Sequence record: NC_071015.1
Strand: one strand, 5' to 3'
Length of the DNA: 64,000 nucleotides
Shown piece after piece: positions 39,991 through 48,540 of this stretch. The position numbers were made by a program, and so were the translations under genes. Numbering within the stretch: position 1 is the first letter of the stretch; each line of letters begins with the position of its first letter. The notes under the pieces were generated by a model. That model searched no databases. It worked only from the letters and a program-made list of their open reading frames with translations, and was not told the origin of the DNA.

Positions 39991-40611
39991 TTATGCTTTC
40001 AGAAAAGCAGCTTTGATATAGCTTGCCATTTTAGTGGCAATGGCGGCTGCCGTTGACGGAGTGTTTAAGGCATTGAATTTATCGTACAGGATAAAGACCA
40101 CTTTATCATCGGCGCTAATGGTGGCATCGAAATAGATGTCATTTTCCTGGGCACCGTCAAACGGATGAGTAAACTGCAAATCGAGTTTAACCCCGGACAT
40201 GCCGTCCACAGTAACATCTTTCATGTTGGTAAATGCTGAACAGATGTTACTGGCCAGACCGAGACGCTTAATGTAGTTGTTCAGCATGGCGTCTTGAAGA
40301 ATGATCCAGTCTTGTTCGAAGGTGTCTTTGAACAGAGCTTTCATTTCGCTAATGGTTTCTGCCTGCGGAATGGCGATCTTTCCAATCAGACCGTCCATGT
40401 ACGTAACGTAGGCAAAAATGTACGGTTTCACTGACGGCGTTTCCAATCCTGCCTGCTGGCTAGTACCAGGTAAACCGCTGCGAATAAAGTCAACGAGAAT
40501 CGTTGACTGGTTGTGATAACCGATGACGAAACGAATGTTCTCACCGATTGTCGGCTCAATGAGGTTATAGAGGGTGTCATGAATTTCATTGAGGGCTTCT
40601 TTGTTAAACAT
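39991..40611 (-). CDS. Hypothetical protein
   Basis: 206 aa, RBS GGAG, followed by the terminator at 39961-39984. Confidence 0.65.
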   Translation of the reverse strand: MFNKEALNEIHDTLYNLIEPTIGENIRFVIGYHNQSTILVDFIRSGLPGTSQQAGLETPSVKPYIFAYVTYMDGLIGKIAIPQAETISEMKALFKDTFEQDWIILQDAMLNNYIKRLGLASNICSAFTNMKDVTVDGMSGVKLDLQFTHPFDGAQENDIYFDATISADDKVVFILYDKFNALNTPSTAAAIATKMASYIKAAFLKA

Positions 40612-40638
40612 ACTTTACTCCATTGGGGTGGGTGAGTG

Positions 40639-41124
40639 TTACAACATGTTACCGTAAGGGATGGACCAAATTTTAGTCTTTCTTAATCCAAGCCAATAAT
40701 ATCTATTTGAAATCCAATAGCCTCGTTTTAATGTTCGAGGGCCTTTAGTTCCATTTACACGAAGGGGTGTGTCGCCTTTCACTTCTAAAAGAAGCACACT
40801 ACCGTACTCCTTCTTAATAAGAAAGCGACGACTGCACAAATCACCATGTTGATCAGTATACCGTACTCTGACAATCTCGGGTTTCCAGTCCCCGCCATGG
40901 TAACGTAACTGTTGCAAATCTTTATGAAAGAAATTACGAACCTCTTTGATCTTAATCCGTCGATTATATTTCCGATTGCGAATCTTTATCCGCAAACGCT
41001 GCCAAATTTGCCAAAGGCGACCACGGTGTGTTTCGCCAGTGAGTTCAAAATAGAACGCGTCTATGTTGGTCTCGTCCACGTAACGAATATTATCGTCCAT
41101 ATCAAATTTCGACATCTGGTTCAA
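40639..41124 (-). CDS. Hypothetical basic protein
   Basis: 161-aa ORF. Confidence 0.55.
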   Translation of the reverse strand: MNQMSKFDMDDNIRYVDETNIDAFYFELTGETHRGRLWQIWQRLRIKIRNRKYNRRIKIKEVRNFFHKDLQQLRYHGGDWKPEIVRVRYTDQHGDLCSRRFLIKKEYGSVLLLEVKGDTPLRVNGTKGPRTLKRGYWISNRYYWLGLRKTKIWSIPYGNML

Positions 41125-41713
41125 GCCAGCTTTCTTCTAACATGATGGAATGGTCATCAGGACAAAGACGACCTGGATCCCGCCAGTGATACTTAACGTT
41201 ACTCAAGATATGAGTAACCGATTCAGGTGTGATATCAACAGGCAAACTACAGATCGGGTAGTTATCCGATTGCGCTAAACTAACGATCCGTTCATACGCC
41301 CCGTGAGCAACTTCGGATTTTAACGTTTGTCCGTTAGGTAATTTAACGGAGAAGTTTCCTTCCAATAAGGCGTTCCTGATTATTTCTTCGAGGTTGGTAT
41401 TTTGTTCCAACACGCCGTAGAAATAATTCACCAACCCAATGTAGCAAAGATATTCAAATTGGTTATCTAATTGGGCCCAGGATTTTTCTGATGTCACGCT
41501 ATAACGCAGGCTGGCCATTTTCTTTTTATTGACCCATACCTCTACTAGCGTTCCGCCGTTCTCAATGTCTTCAATAAAAGTAATGGTCGGAGTGAATTGA
41601 ACATTCTTTAAAAAGACAGATCTGACGGTGCCCGCAATTTCATTAATCGCTTCTTGTTTGACGGTCCGTGCTATAGATCGCAACAGGCCATTGGTTATAG
41701 TTAATGCTAACAT
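41102..41713 (-). CDS. Hypothetical protein
   Basis: 203-aa ORF with RBS. Confidence 0.65.
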   Translation of the reverse strand: MLALTITNGLLRSIARTVKQEAINEIAGTVRSVFLKNVQFTPTITFIEDIENGGTLVEVWVNKKKMASLRYSVTSEKSWAQLDNQFEYLCYIGLVNYFYGVLEQNTNLEEIIRNALLEGNFSVKLPNGQTLKSEVAHGAYERIVSLAQSDNYPICSLPVDITPESVTHILSNVKYHWRDPGRLCPDDHSIMLEESWLEPDVEI

Positions 41714-41727
41714 CAGTTCCCCTTAGT

Positions 41728-42024
41728 TTATCGTGAATAACGATACTTATGCGCTTTCCAAGCATCGTTGATATTTTTAAGCTTTGTGAAATCCATTCCA
41801 GAATGAAAAGACATCAGAAGAATCAATTCATCTGAAATGTGGGTGACCTCACCCTGCATGATCTTTCTGAAATTGTACCGAGGGATGGAACATTCCATGG
41901 CAAACTTATCCCAGGATTCAGGGGTGGTCAGTCCGGTACTTTTTAAGTACTCAGCTACACTTGGTGGTGCCGAAGGTTTATGTAACCCCGGAAATATAGA
42001 AAGTAGCTTATTGTGATTTTTCAT
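41728..42024 (-). CDS. Putative XRE-type helix-turn-helix protein
   Basis: WDKFAMECSIPRYNFRKIMQGEVTHIS fits the XRE helix 2-turn-helix 3 plus G pattern. Confidence 0.5.
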   Translation of the reverse strand: MKNHNKLLSIFPGLHKPSAPPSVAEYLKSTGLTTPESWDKFAMECSIPRYNFRKIMQGEVTHISDELILLMSFHSGMDFTKLKNINDAWKAHKYRYSR

Positions 42025-42460
42025 CGGTTACCTGAGTGCGATAATCATTATAGGTCGCTTGGAAGCGAAGTTGAGTGCAATCGATCTCAATGAAAATGTC
42101 GTGGGCGTGCATAACTGAGGTATGGACATAATCATTATAGACCGCCAGGTAAACTCGGTTATAACGGATCCCATCATCATGATCACGCTGAACTCGACGG
42201 ACCAATGCTTCCATCTGTGTTCTGTCTGTGTTATCGAAATGGACAAAACTTGGAGGCGGTATGATCACTTGTTGGATTTCGTAACCCACAGCTTTTTCGA
42301 TATTGAACAAACCGGTAACGAACTCATGTTCTTCTACGACACCGATATGGGTAGGAATTCTGATTCCAACGATCCCTTGTTGAATCACCAGGCGATCCAG
42401 AATCTTGAATACAAGCTGATCCAGGTCTGAACCAATCAGGGTATTTGTCATAGGTAACAT
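42008..42460 (-). CDS. Hypothetical protein
   Basis: 150-aa ORF. Confidence 0.6.
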   Translation of the reverse strand: MLPMTNTLIGSDLDQLVFKILDRLVIQQGIVGIRIPTHIGVVEEHEFVTGLFNIEKAVGYEIQQVIIPPPSFVHFDNTDRTQMEALVRRVQRDHDDGIRYNRVYLAVYNDYVHTSVMHAHDIFIEIDCTQLRFQATYNDYRTQVTDEKSQ

Positions 42461-42464
42461 GATG

Positions 42465-42737
42465 TTAATCCTTCTTATTGACCAGTTCTACAATGAGTTC
42501 CATCATTCCTACATCAACAGCCTGATGGAAGGGAACCGAACGGTTGGAAGAAAAAGAGACCACAACTTCATTGTTTTGAATAACAGAAGTAACAAGCGGA
42601 GTCTTATCCTTTTCAAACCAACCTGTGATAGCATAGGCCACGCCATTGTCGAAGTTGACAATCATTGTTTCACTGGTGTGCATGGCCGCTTGGAATTCTT
42701 CATACAGTCTTTTCTGTACGCAGGCGATAGTAATCAT
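42465..42737 (-). CDS. Hypothetical protein
   Basis: 90-aa ORF. Confidence 0.55.
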   Translation of the reverse strand: MITIACVQKRLYEEFQAAMHTSETMIVNFDNGVAYAITGWFEKDKTPLVTSVIQNNEVVVSFSSNRSVPFHQAVDVGMMELIVELVNKKD

Positions 42738-42814
42738 TTCATTTACCTTCTGAAAATATTCATAAGTATAGATATCCCAGTTACCTTTTAGGTAACCAGG
42801 AAATTGAATTTATT

Positions 42815-43384
42815 TTAATCTTCAACAACATGATCAAGTAATGATTGGAAATCGATTCCGTAATAGACCCAAAAACCAATCGGAGTATGGGGATAACACT
42901 GAATGGTGCAATAGGAGCCATTCGCTTTGATCATTTCGAGTGATTCTTCCACGCTGCATCGTTCTGGAACAAAATCATCAGGTTCCGTTTCACAATCAAG
43001 CACGGTTCCTCGATCGGAGGTTTCATCGATTACATTATAATCGAGATAGGATCCTGCTTTACATAATTTTGCAATTTCTTCAAATTGATCGATCCTGAAC
43101 GGTGGGATAAGTTCGTAGAGTTCTGGATTGTTTTCTTTAACCCATTGCATCAACGTTTGAACATCGTACGAAGCAATATCGATATTGCCGATCCCACAAG
43201 TATCTGTTTCATATTCGATACGCAGCTCTGCTAAGAAATCTTTCTCAATGATCTCTGAAACAGGAACAATGACAGATTTGTCCCTTTTAGCAAGGTACTT
43301 CTCCACAGTTGTGTAATCAGTGGTATTCTCTTTGGTAGCTAAACGGAATTCTAACAGTTTCATTTTCATATGTCCTATATACAT
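42815..43384 (-). CDS. Hypothetical protein
   Basis: 189 aa; C-terminal YPHTPIGF-like motif seen in phage hypotheticals. Confidence 0.6.
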   Translation of the reverse strand: MYIGHMKMKLLEFRLATKENTTDYTTVEKYLAKRDKSVIVPVSEIIEKDFLAELRIEYETDTCGIGNIDIASYDVQTLMQWVKENNPELYELIPPFRIDQFEEIAKLCKAGSYLDYNVIDETSDRGTVLDCETEPDDFVPERCSVEESLEMIKANGSYCTIQCYPHTPIGFWVYYGIDFQSLLDHVVED

Positions 43385-43778
43385 AACTCTAGTTACCCAA
43401 TTGGGTAACTAGAGTTTAATTAATTCGGGGAATTTTTTCTATCGGTATTTCTTATCTTTCATTTTTCTTTTGGAGTCAATCTCTTTTCTCTTGTTCTCTA
43501 ATTATACTTACTTAATATAATTAAATATAATTAATATATATTACCTTAAAAGGTAAGAGAAGAAGGTAAGAATGAAATCTGACCCCAAACCCCTTTAAAG
43601 CAAGAAAAAAGAAGAGAAAATCATGAACTCTATTTTTACCACAAAGGGGAAAACAAGTAAGATAAAGACCATGACTACATATAATACGAAGCGGCTATTA
43701 ATTTTTAACTGTCATTCAATATGTAAATAACATAGTAAAGCAGATAGGGAGTTACCCCTATCCACTTTGTATGGTCAT

Positions 43779-44447
43779 TTAGACGGCATTACCCAAACGC
43801 AGGTTCTGATCCACATGCTCACGCAGTGCTTCATGCAGCCAGTGGTTCACCGGGTCTTTGGCAATGCTCGCCTCATAGCTTCGCATCACACCAAAGTGAA
43901 CCGGGAACAGTTCGCTCATCGGACCCTTAACTGCCGCTGTGCTCACATCAACAAATACAGTCAGCTTGTTGAAGATGTTACGACGGATTACCACACGGGT
44001 CGGCATGATCTCATTCAGCAGGCTACTGGTGTATTTCAACTCATGCTCCTGCTGGACGTTCAGTAAACGCTGCAGGAACGGGATCTTCATGATGATTGGA
44101 CGAATATCCATTGCGCCGATTTGGCTTTCGATATACTGACTCGCATCGTCATGATATTTTCGGCCGTATTTATGGTACCAGACTTTCATCTCATTCAGAA
44201 CGCGTTTATTGATCGTAGGCGTCTTGCTGAGTTTAAAGTGTTGTTTGGTACCGAGAGCTTCAATGATGAGCGTGTAGAGCTTCCCATCCTCGCTCAGTGA
44301 CAACCAAACGACCAAACCGGGCATTTCCCATACCGGGCTGTTGAACTTGGACTTAACCAGCAGTTCATTGGCTTTCTTCAGATTCCCTTCAACAATCTTG
44401 ATGAACAGCGCGATGAAGATTGCTTGGATGTGGTTATAATTAAACAT
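43779..44447 (-). CDS. Hypothetical protein
   Basis: 222 aa with RBS. Confidence 0.65.
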   Translation of the reverse strand: MFNYNHIQAIFIALFIKIVEGNLKKANELLVKSKFNSPVWEMPGLVVWLSLSEDGKLYTLIIEALGTKQHFKLSKTPTINKRVLNEMKVWYHKYGRKYHDDASQYIESQIGAMDIRPIIMKIPFLQRLLNVQQEHELKYTSSLLNEIMPTRVVIRRNIFNKLTVFVDVSTAAVKGPMSELFPVHFGVMRSYEASIAKDPVNHWLHEALREHVDQNLRLGNAV

Positions 44448-44520
44448 GACCTTTTCTTTCCTCAGAGTGAATGAGCAACGATTTCGAATGAATTAGTTAC
44501 CAAATGGCAACTAAATGAAA

Positions 44521-44922
44521 TCAAAGTATGGGGGATTTATTGAACTCTTGTTCTTTGAACTTAGCGAGCTCTTTGGGTGGTTTAGTGAAAGATCCACTAA
44601 TTTGTTTGCTATTGGTACCGTATTTGACCCAGATGAGATATTCATCATCTTCATGGACCATACTGACCTCAGCAGAAAACTTGAACACGGCAAGGTCGCA
44701 TACACTCTGAATAATCTCAGGTGTTAACTCGTCGTTATAGACCCACTGTTCAATAATTCCTTTTTGAATTGATTTTACTGCCCTGTTAAAGAGATCTTCT
44801 TGTACTGATTTTCTTTCCCTATCTTCTTCTCTTTTGTTCATGAGATAAGGGACTATCCAGAAATGCAGTAACGAGGCAGTAACTACCCCACATGTAAAAC
44901 CCTGCATAAACACTTGAAACAT
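44521..44922 (-). CDS. Hypothetical protein with an N-terminal membrane anchor
   Basis: Hydrophobic residues 2-27 followed by a charged region. Confidence 0.6.
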   Translation of the reverse strand: MFQVFMQGFTCGVVTASLLHFWIVPYLMNKREEDRERKSVQEDLFNRAVKSIQKGIIEQWVYNDELTPEIIQSVCDLAVFKFSAEVSMVHEDDEYLIWVKYGTNSKQISGSFTKPPKELAKFKEQEFNKSPIL

Positions 44923-45122
44923 AATTCACCTTCGGTGTAGTCAATAAGGATACTTCACTTCGTTCAGTAATTTATTTAAATTATCCTTCCGGATAGACCC
45001 CTACCCCTTCCATTAAGATAGGGATATGGGTAAAAATAAATTATTCAAAGTAAGAGAAGAATCAATTTAAAGAAAAGATGGTTAGCAATCCCCGTATTAC
45101 TACAGTCATGCTAACCAATATG

Positions 45123-45383
45123 TCAAGCACAGAGTTTATCCATTACTTCTTTGACCATGATCTCAACAACAGTCGGATCCGGCACATCGCTCAACTTACC
45201 TTTAGCCAGCCTTTGTTGTACCACACTGATGGTGGCATCAAAGATCTGATCCAGTTCGATATCCAGCACGTCTTCATGCTTTAACACTTCATGATAGACA
45301 CGCAGGTAATCTAAGTGAACCACCTCTTTAGGCGGGCGTGGTTTAACAGCACGAGGTTTTGATTGAGCAGACTTTTTACGCAT
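45123..45383 (-). CDS. Small hypothetical protein
   Basis: 86 aa; basic N-terminus, acidic C-terminus. Confidence 0.6.
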   Translation of the reverse strand: MRKKSAQSKPRAVKPRPPKEVVHLDYLRVYHEVLKHEDVLDIELDQIFDATISVVQQRLAKGKLSDVPDPTVVEIMVKEVMDKLCA

Positions 45384-45385
45384 TT

Positions 45386-45505
45386 CTAACTCCCGGGTTT
45401 CTTCTTTCGGTCAGTCTTACACTTCGACCAACGATAATTAATAAACAGCGCTAATGAGATCCCAAACAAAAATAACATCAAGATCCAGATAACTTCTTCC
45501 CACAT
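45386..45505 (-). CDS. Small membrane protein (39 aa), absent from the ORF track
   Basis: Manual translation MWEEVIWILMLFLFGISLALFINYRWSKCKTDRKKKPGS*; exactly fills the gap between two genes. Confidence 0.65.
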   Translation of the reverse strand: MWEEVIWILMLFLFGISLALFINYRWSKCKTDRKKKPGS

Positions 45506-45506
45506 A

Positions 45507-46112
45507 TTAAACCCCGAAGACATCCTCCATGGTCACAATTTCGTCATTTGCAGAGACGTAATGTAACTGACCATTGCGGAATTCACCATTAAACGTTGTG
45601 TATTTATCTTCGTTTCCTTTTCGGACCAGGATCTCAAAACGACTATCATACGTTTTGCTATGCTTGTGGTGGGCGGTAACTTTGTAACCCAAACAATAAT
45701 CAATGTCCGGATTAATGTTATCGGCAAAGCTTTGAATGGTGGATTTCATTTCATGCAATGCACGCATACTGATCCAACTTTCAATAAAACGACCCACTAC
45801 GTCGAAACGATTGTTAACATCCCCTGTTAAAGAATAGCGAAAGTCATGGGGACGGATTGCAGGGGAGAGAAAATCGCTGATCCCTTCTTTGGGACGAGTA
45901 AAGACAATTTCACCGGTCTGGGGACTTTCCATTCCGAATGTTAAGTAACGTTCCCTTCGATTGATGATGAACTCGAACGCTACGATAAATTTATTTTGTA
46001 ACTCATTGTTCCGTAATTTGTACGGATTAACAACGCGTGTGTTTACGGCCTGTACTGAGAAGTGCTGGCTGAGTTTGTTGGACAGTTCCAGGCGGATAAG
46101 TTCGGTATTCAT
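45507..46112 (-). CDS. Hypothetical early protein
   Basis: 201 aa, RBS GAGG; promoter motif at 46155-46162. Confidence 0.65.
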   Translation of the reverse strand: MNTELIRLELSNKLSQHFSVQAVNTRVVNPYKLRNNELQNKFIVAFEFIINRRERYLTFGMESPQTGEIVFTRPKEGISDFLSPAIRPHDFRYSLTGDVNNRFDVVGRFIESWISMRALHEMKSTIQSFADNINPDIDYCLGYKVTAHHKHSKTYDSRFEILVRKGNEDKYTTFNGEFRNGQLHYVSANDEIVTMEDVFGV

Positions 46113-46283
46113 ATAAACCTCTATGTAGAAAACTAAAGTGTAGTTACATACTAATAATATCTGCCCATTATTTTTTAATGGAAAGTATTTATATTATGTA
46201 AGGAAAATCACTCAGCGCCACTGCTTGATTTTTCTGACTCATGATAAGTAATCATCTTTTCAGCTTGAATAATTATCAGGCAC

Positions 46284-46804
46284 AGAGATATTATGCAAAA
46301 CTAATATCTCTTTTTCTTTATGGGCATTTACGAGTACCCATAAAGAAGATCGAATGCCATCGTCTCTTCTAAATATCCAAATAGTAACCTCTAGATTTAA
46401 TTAAAGTGGGGATCCGCCATCTCCCCCTTTCTTTATAGGCATTTGCTCTGTTGAGTGTCTATAGAGAAAGAGCCGTCAACTCTTTCATCGGTCCTTCTGC
46501 TATTAACTGGCTGTCACCCAGTTATGTGCCTCCTGCTATAATTAAAGTGAGAGGATGTCCCCTTCCATCATCCTCTTGCTTTCTTTATGGGTTTTCTTAC
46601 GAGAATCTATAAAGAAAGCCTCCTGTGTTATAGGGACTTCGGTCCCTTATTTCTGTATGTTTGTTTATCGAAGCGAACATACAGAAGTACTTAGCCGTAG
46701 TTCAACTTAAATTTTATTTAGTTTGAATGATTTGTTCGCCCATTTTTGGGCGGGGGTTTATTTACCCCCTCTTTCTATGTCTATTCACGAGTACACATAG
46801 AAAG
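46284..46804. repeat. Array of five double-hairpin units
   Basis: Related long hairpins TTTCT(TT)ATR...YAT(AA)AGAA at 46314, 46427, 46578, 46651 and 46771, each directly preceded by a shorter RGRGA..TCYCY-type hairpin. Confidence 0.7.
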
Positions 46805-46915
46805 CGAAACCAGCTGGTATCGCCCGCTTCATGGTTGCACCTATGAAGTTTCTTTTTTGGCCCTGAGATTCAACGCCATGGTCAAAGGGCTATTTTTATT
46901 TGAAAAGGAATTACC

Positions 46916-47173
46916 ATGGAAACCACTGAAGTGCGGACATTGTCCTTTTCTGAAGTGCTCAACGGACTTAAAGCTGGTCGTAAGTATCAGCGTCGCGGTT
47001 GGGCTGGAAAGGGTTTATACGTTCAGCTGCATGGATCATTACCCGCCGTCTCTTTAGAGGGCGAAACCAAGTACATCGATAAGTTCTTCGTGATTGTTAA
47101 TGGAGAGCGGGTGAACACTTGGGTTCCTTCTGTAAGCGATTTGCTGGCAGAAGACTGGATCGAAGTTCTTTAA
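46916..47173 (+). CDS. tad2: Tad2/DUF2829-family protein, putative sponge for immune signalling nucleotides
   Basis: LSFSEVLNGLKAG-x4-RRGWAGKG...WVPSVSDLLAEDW matches the DUF2829 family motifs; RBS AGGA. Confidence 0.82.
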   Translation: METTEVRTLSFSEVLNGLKAGRKYQRRGWAGKGLYVQLHGSLPAVSLEGETKYIDKFFVIVNGERVNTWVPSVSDLLAEDWIEVL

Positions 47174-47481
47174 GAAAAAGAGCCACACCAGGGAAATGCG
47201 CTAAAAGTAAAAAATAAATGCAGAATTTATTATCTGCAACGAACAAGTATGGCAGACCGTGTTTGCAATACTCTTTTCCCGACCGGGGGGATGCGCTTGA
47301 TGCGAAGCCGGTGTTCTCTTGGGACATTACCTGTTCCAGTCAGCCTAAAGAGAATTATATCGACAGGACCACAATCTGGTTGATCAATCAGTAACGAAGT
47401 TTCTTGTCAAGATTAGACGAACATCCTTTTAACACAGCCTTGTTGAAAGCACACCAATGTTCCCTGATTGAGATTAAATAG

Positions 47482-47688
47482 ATGAAACTTTATTTACTGA
47501 AAATAACCGAGTCAGTCGGTTACGATGAGTACGACGCTGTCGTCGTCTCGGCGTCCTCTGAGAGTGATGCCAAACAAGTAGCTGCAGGGCATTTATTGTT
47601 CGACTACTATGACGTGGAGATCGAATTGATTTCCGAAACATCCCTGGTTGAACGCGGGTTAGTCCTGTCATCGTTCAACGCAGGTTAA
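47482..47688 (+). CDS. Small phage hypothetical protein
   Basis: GYDEYDAVVV-x-A-x-SE-x2-A...VLSSFNAG resembles a recurrent phage family. Confidence 0.65.
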   Translation: MKLYLLKITESVGYDEYDAVVVSASSESDAKQVAAGHLLFDYYDVEIELISETSLVERGLVLSSFNAG

Positions 47689-47882
47689 AAGAAACCCCGC
47701 TGTCCTTCCCAACGTAATAGATATTGATCGGGTGTTACATTGACCAAGGTGTCAGGTAAGCCGAAACGACTGATTGAATTGCAAGTAAGAATTAGACTGA
47801 CTTGAATGTTAAGCGGGGATTCGATTACCTTCCCTTATAAAAGTTTTATTAAGATAGAGCTTTAATAAGGGACGAGAATTTA

Positions 47883-47958
47883 GCTTCTGTAGTTCAGTCG
47901 GTAGAACGGCGGACTGTTAATCCGTATGTCACAGGTTCGAGTCCTGTCAGAAGCGCCA
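47883..47958 (+). tRNA. tRNA-Asn (GTT)
   Basis: Acceptor GCTTCTG/CAGAAGC, anticodon loop CT-GTT-AA, TTCGA T-loop, encoded CCA. Confidence 0.97.
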
Positions 47959-48005
47959 CATTTAGTGACTTGAAATTTACAAGATCACACACAGCAAACA
48001 AAATT

Positions 48006-48093
48006 GGAGAGTTGGGTGAGTGGCTGAAACCACACCCCTGCTAAGGGTGCATACCTTCGGGTATCAAGAGTTCGAATCTCTTACTCTCCGCCA
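48006..48093 (+). tRNA. tRNA-Ser (GCT)
   Basis: Acceptor GGAGAGT/ACTCTCC, CT-GCT-AA loop, long variable arm with TTCG, encoded CCA. Confidence 0.96.
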
Positions 48094-48133
48094 GTTTCAC
48101 CTGCGCAACCATTGAATCCGTTTAAGGAATAAA

Positions 48134-48502
48134 ATGAAAGTAGTTATCTACGGTCGCCCTAACTGTCCTTGGTGCGATAAAGCTAAAGAGCTGTGTGACA
48201 GCGAAGGCATTGAGTACGAGTATATCAATATTCGTGAAGTGGGGATCGACGGCGTTAAACTGTCTCAGATTTGTGGTACAGAAGTTACCACGGTTCCGCA
48301 GATTCTGGCTGACGGTGTTCACATTGGCGGATACGATAAATTCGCTCCTTTTGTTTCTGAGAACGAAGTAGAGAATCCAAACATGGATTACTTTGTTCGG
48401 GAACGCGGTGAAGGCGATTGGCAAAAGGCCAGTTTCGAGTATTACACTCGTTGTAAACCGTTGTACGAGATGGATTACAAGAAAGAGCCGAAAGTAATAT
48501 AA
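48134..48502 (+). CDS. Glutaredoxin with a C-terminal extension
   Basis: CPWC active site, TVPQI and IGGYD. Confidence 0.9.
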   Translation: MKVVIYGRPNCPWCDKAKELCDSEGIEYEYINIREVGIDGVKLSQICGTEVTTVPQILADGVHIGGYDKFAPFVSENEVENPNMDYFVRERGEGDWQKASFEYYTRCKPLYEMDYKKEPKVI

Positions 48503-48540
48503 TCCCTATTATATGTCAGGAAGTGTATGTCTAGCTTTTG

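Noticed and set aside
46284-46804. CRISPR array interpretation of the hairpin repeats
   Set aside because: Repeats differ in length and sequence, spacing is irregular (73-151 nt), spacers are themselves hairpins, and no cas genes are present.
46804-46825. GAAAC-C-AGCT-G-GTA resembling a second hammerhead stem III
   Set aside because: No correctly placed CUGANGA; the segment folds as a simple GCGA/TCGC hairpin.
47959-48133. Theta/HDV-like ribozymes after the tRNAs
   Set aside because: The 3' trailers are short and A/T-rich without the nested double-pseudoknot pairing.
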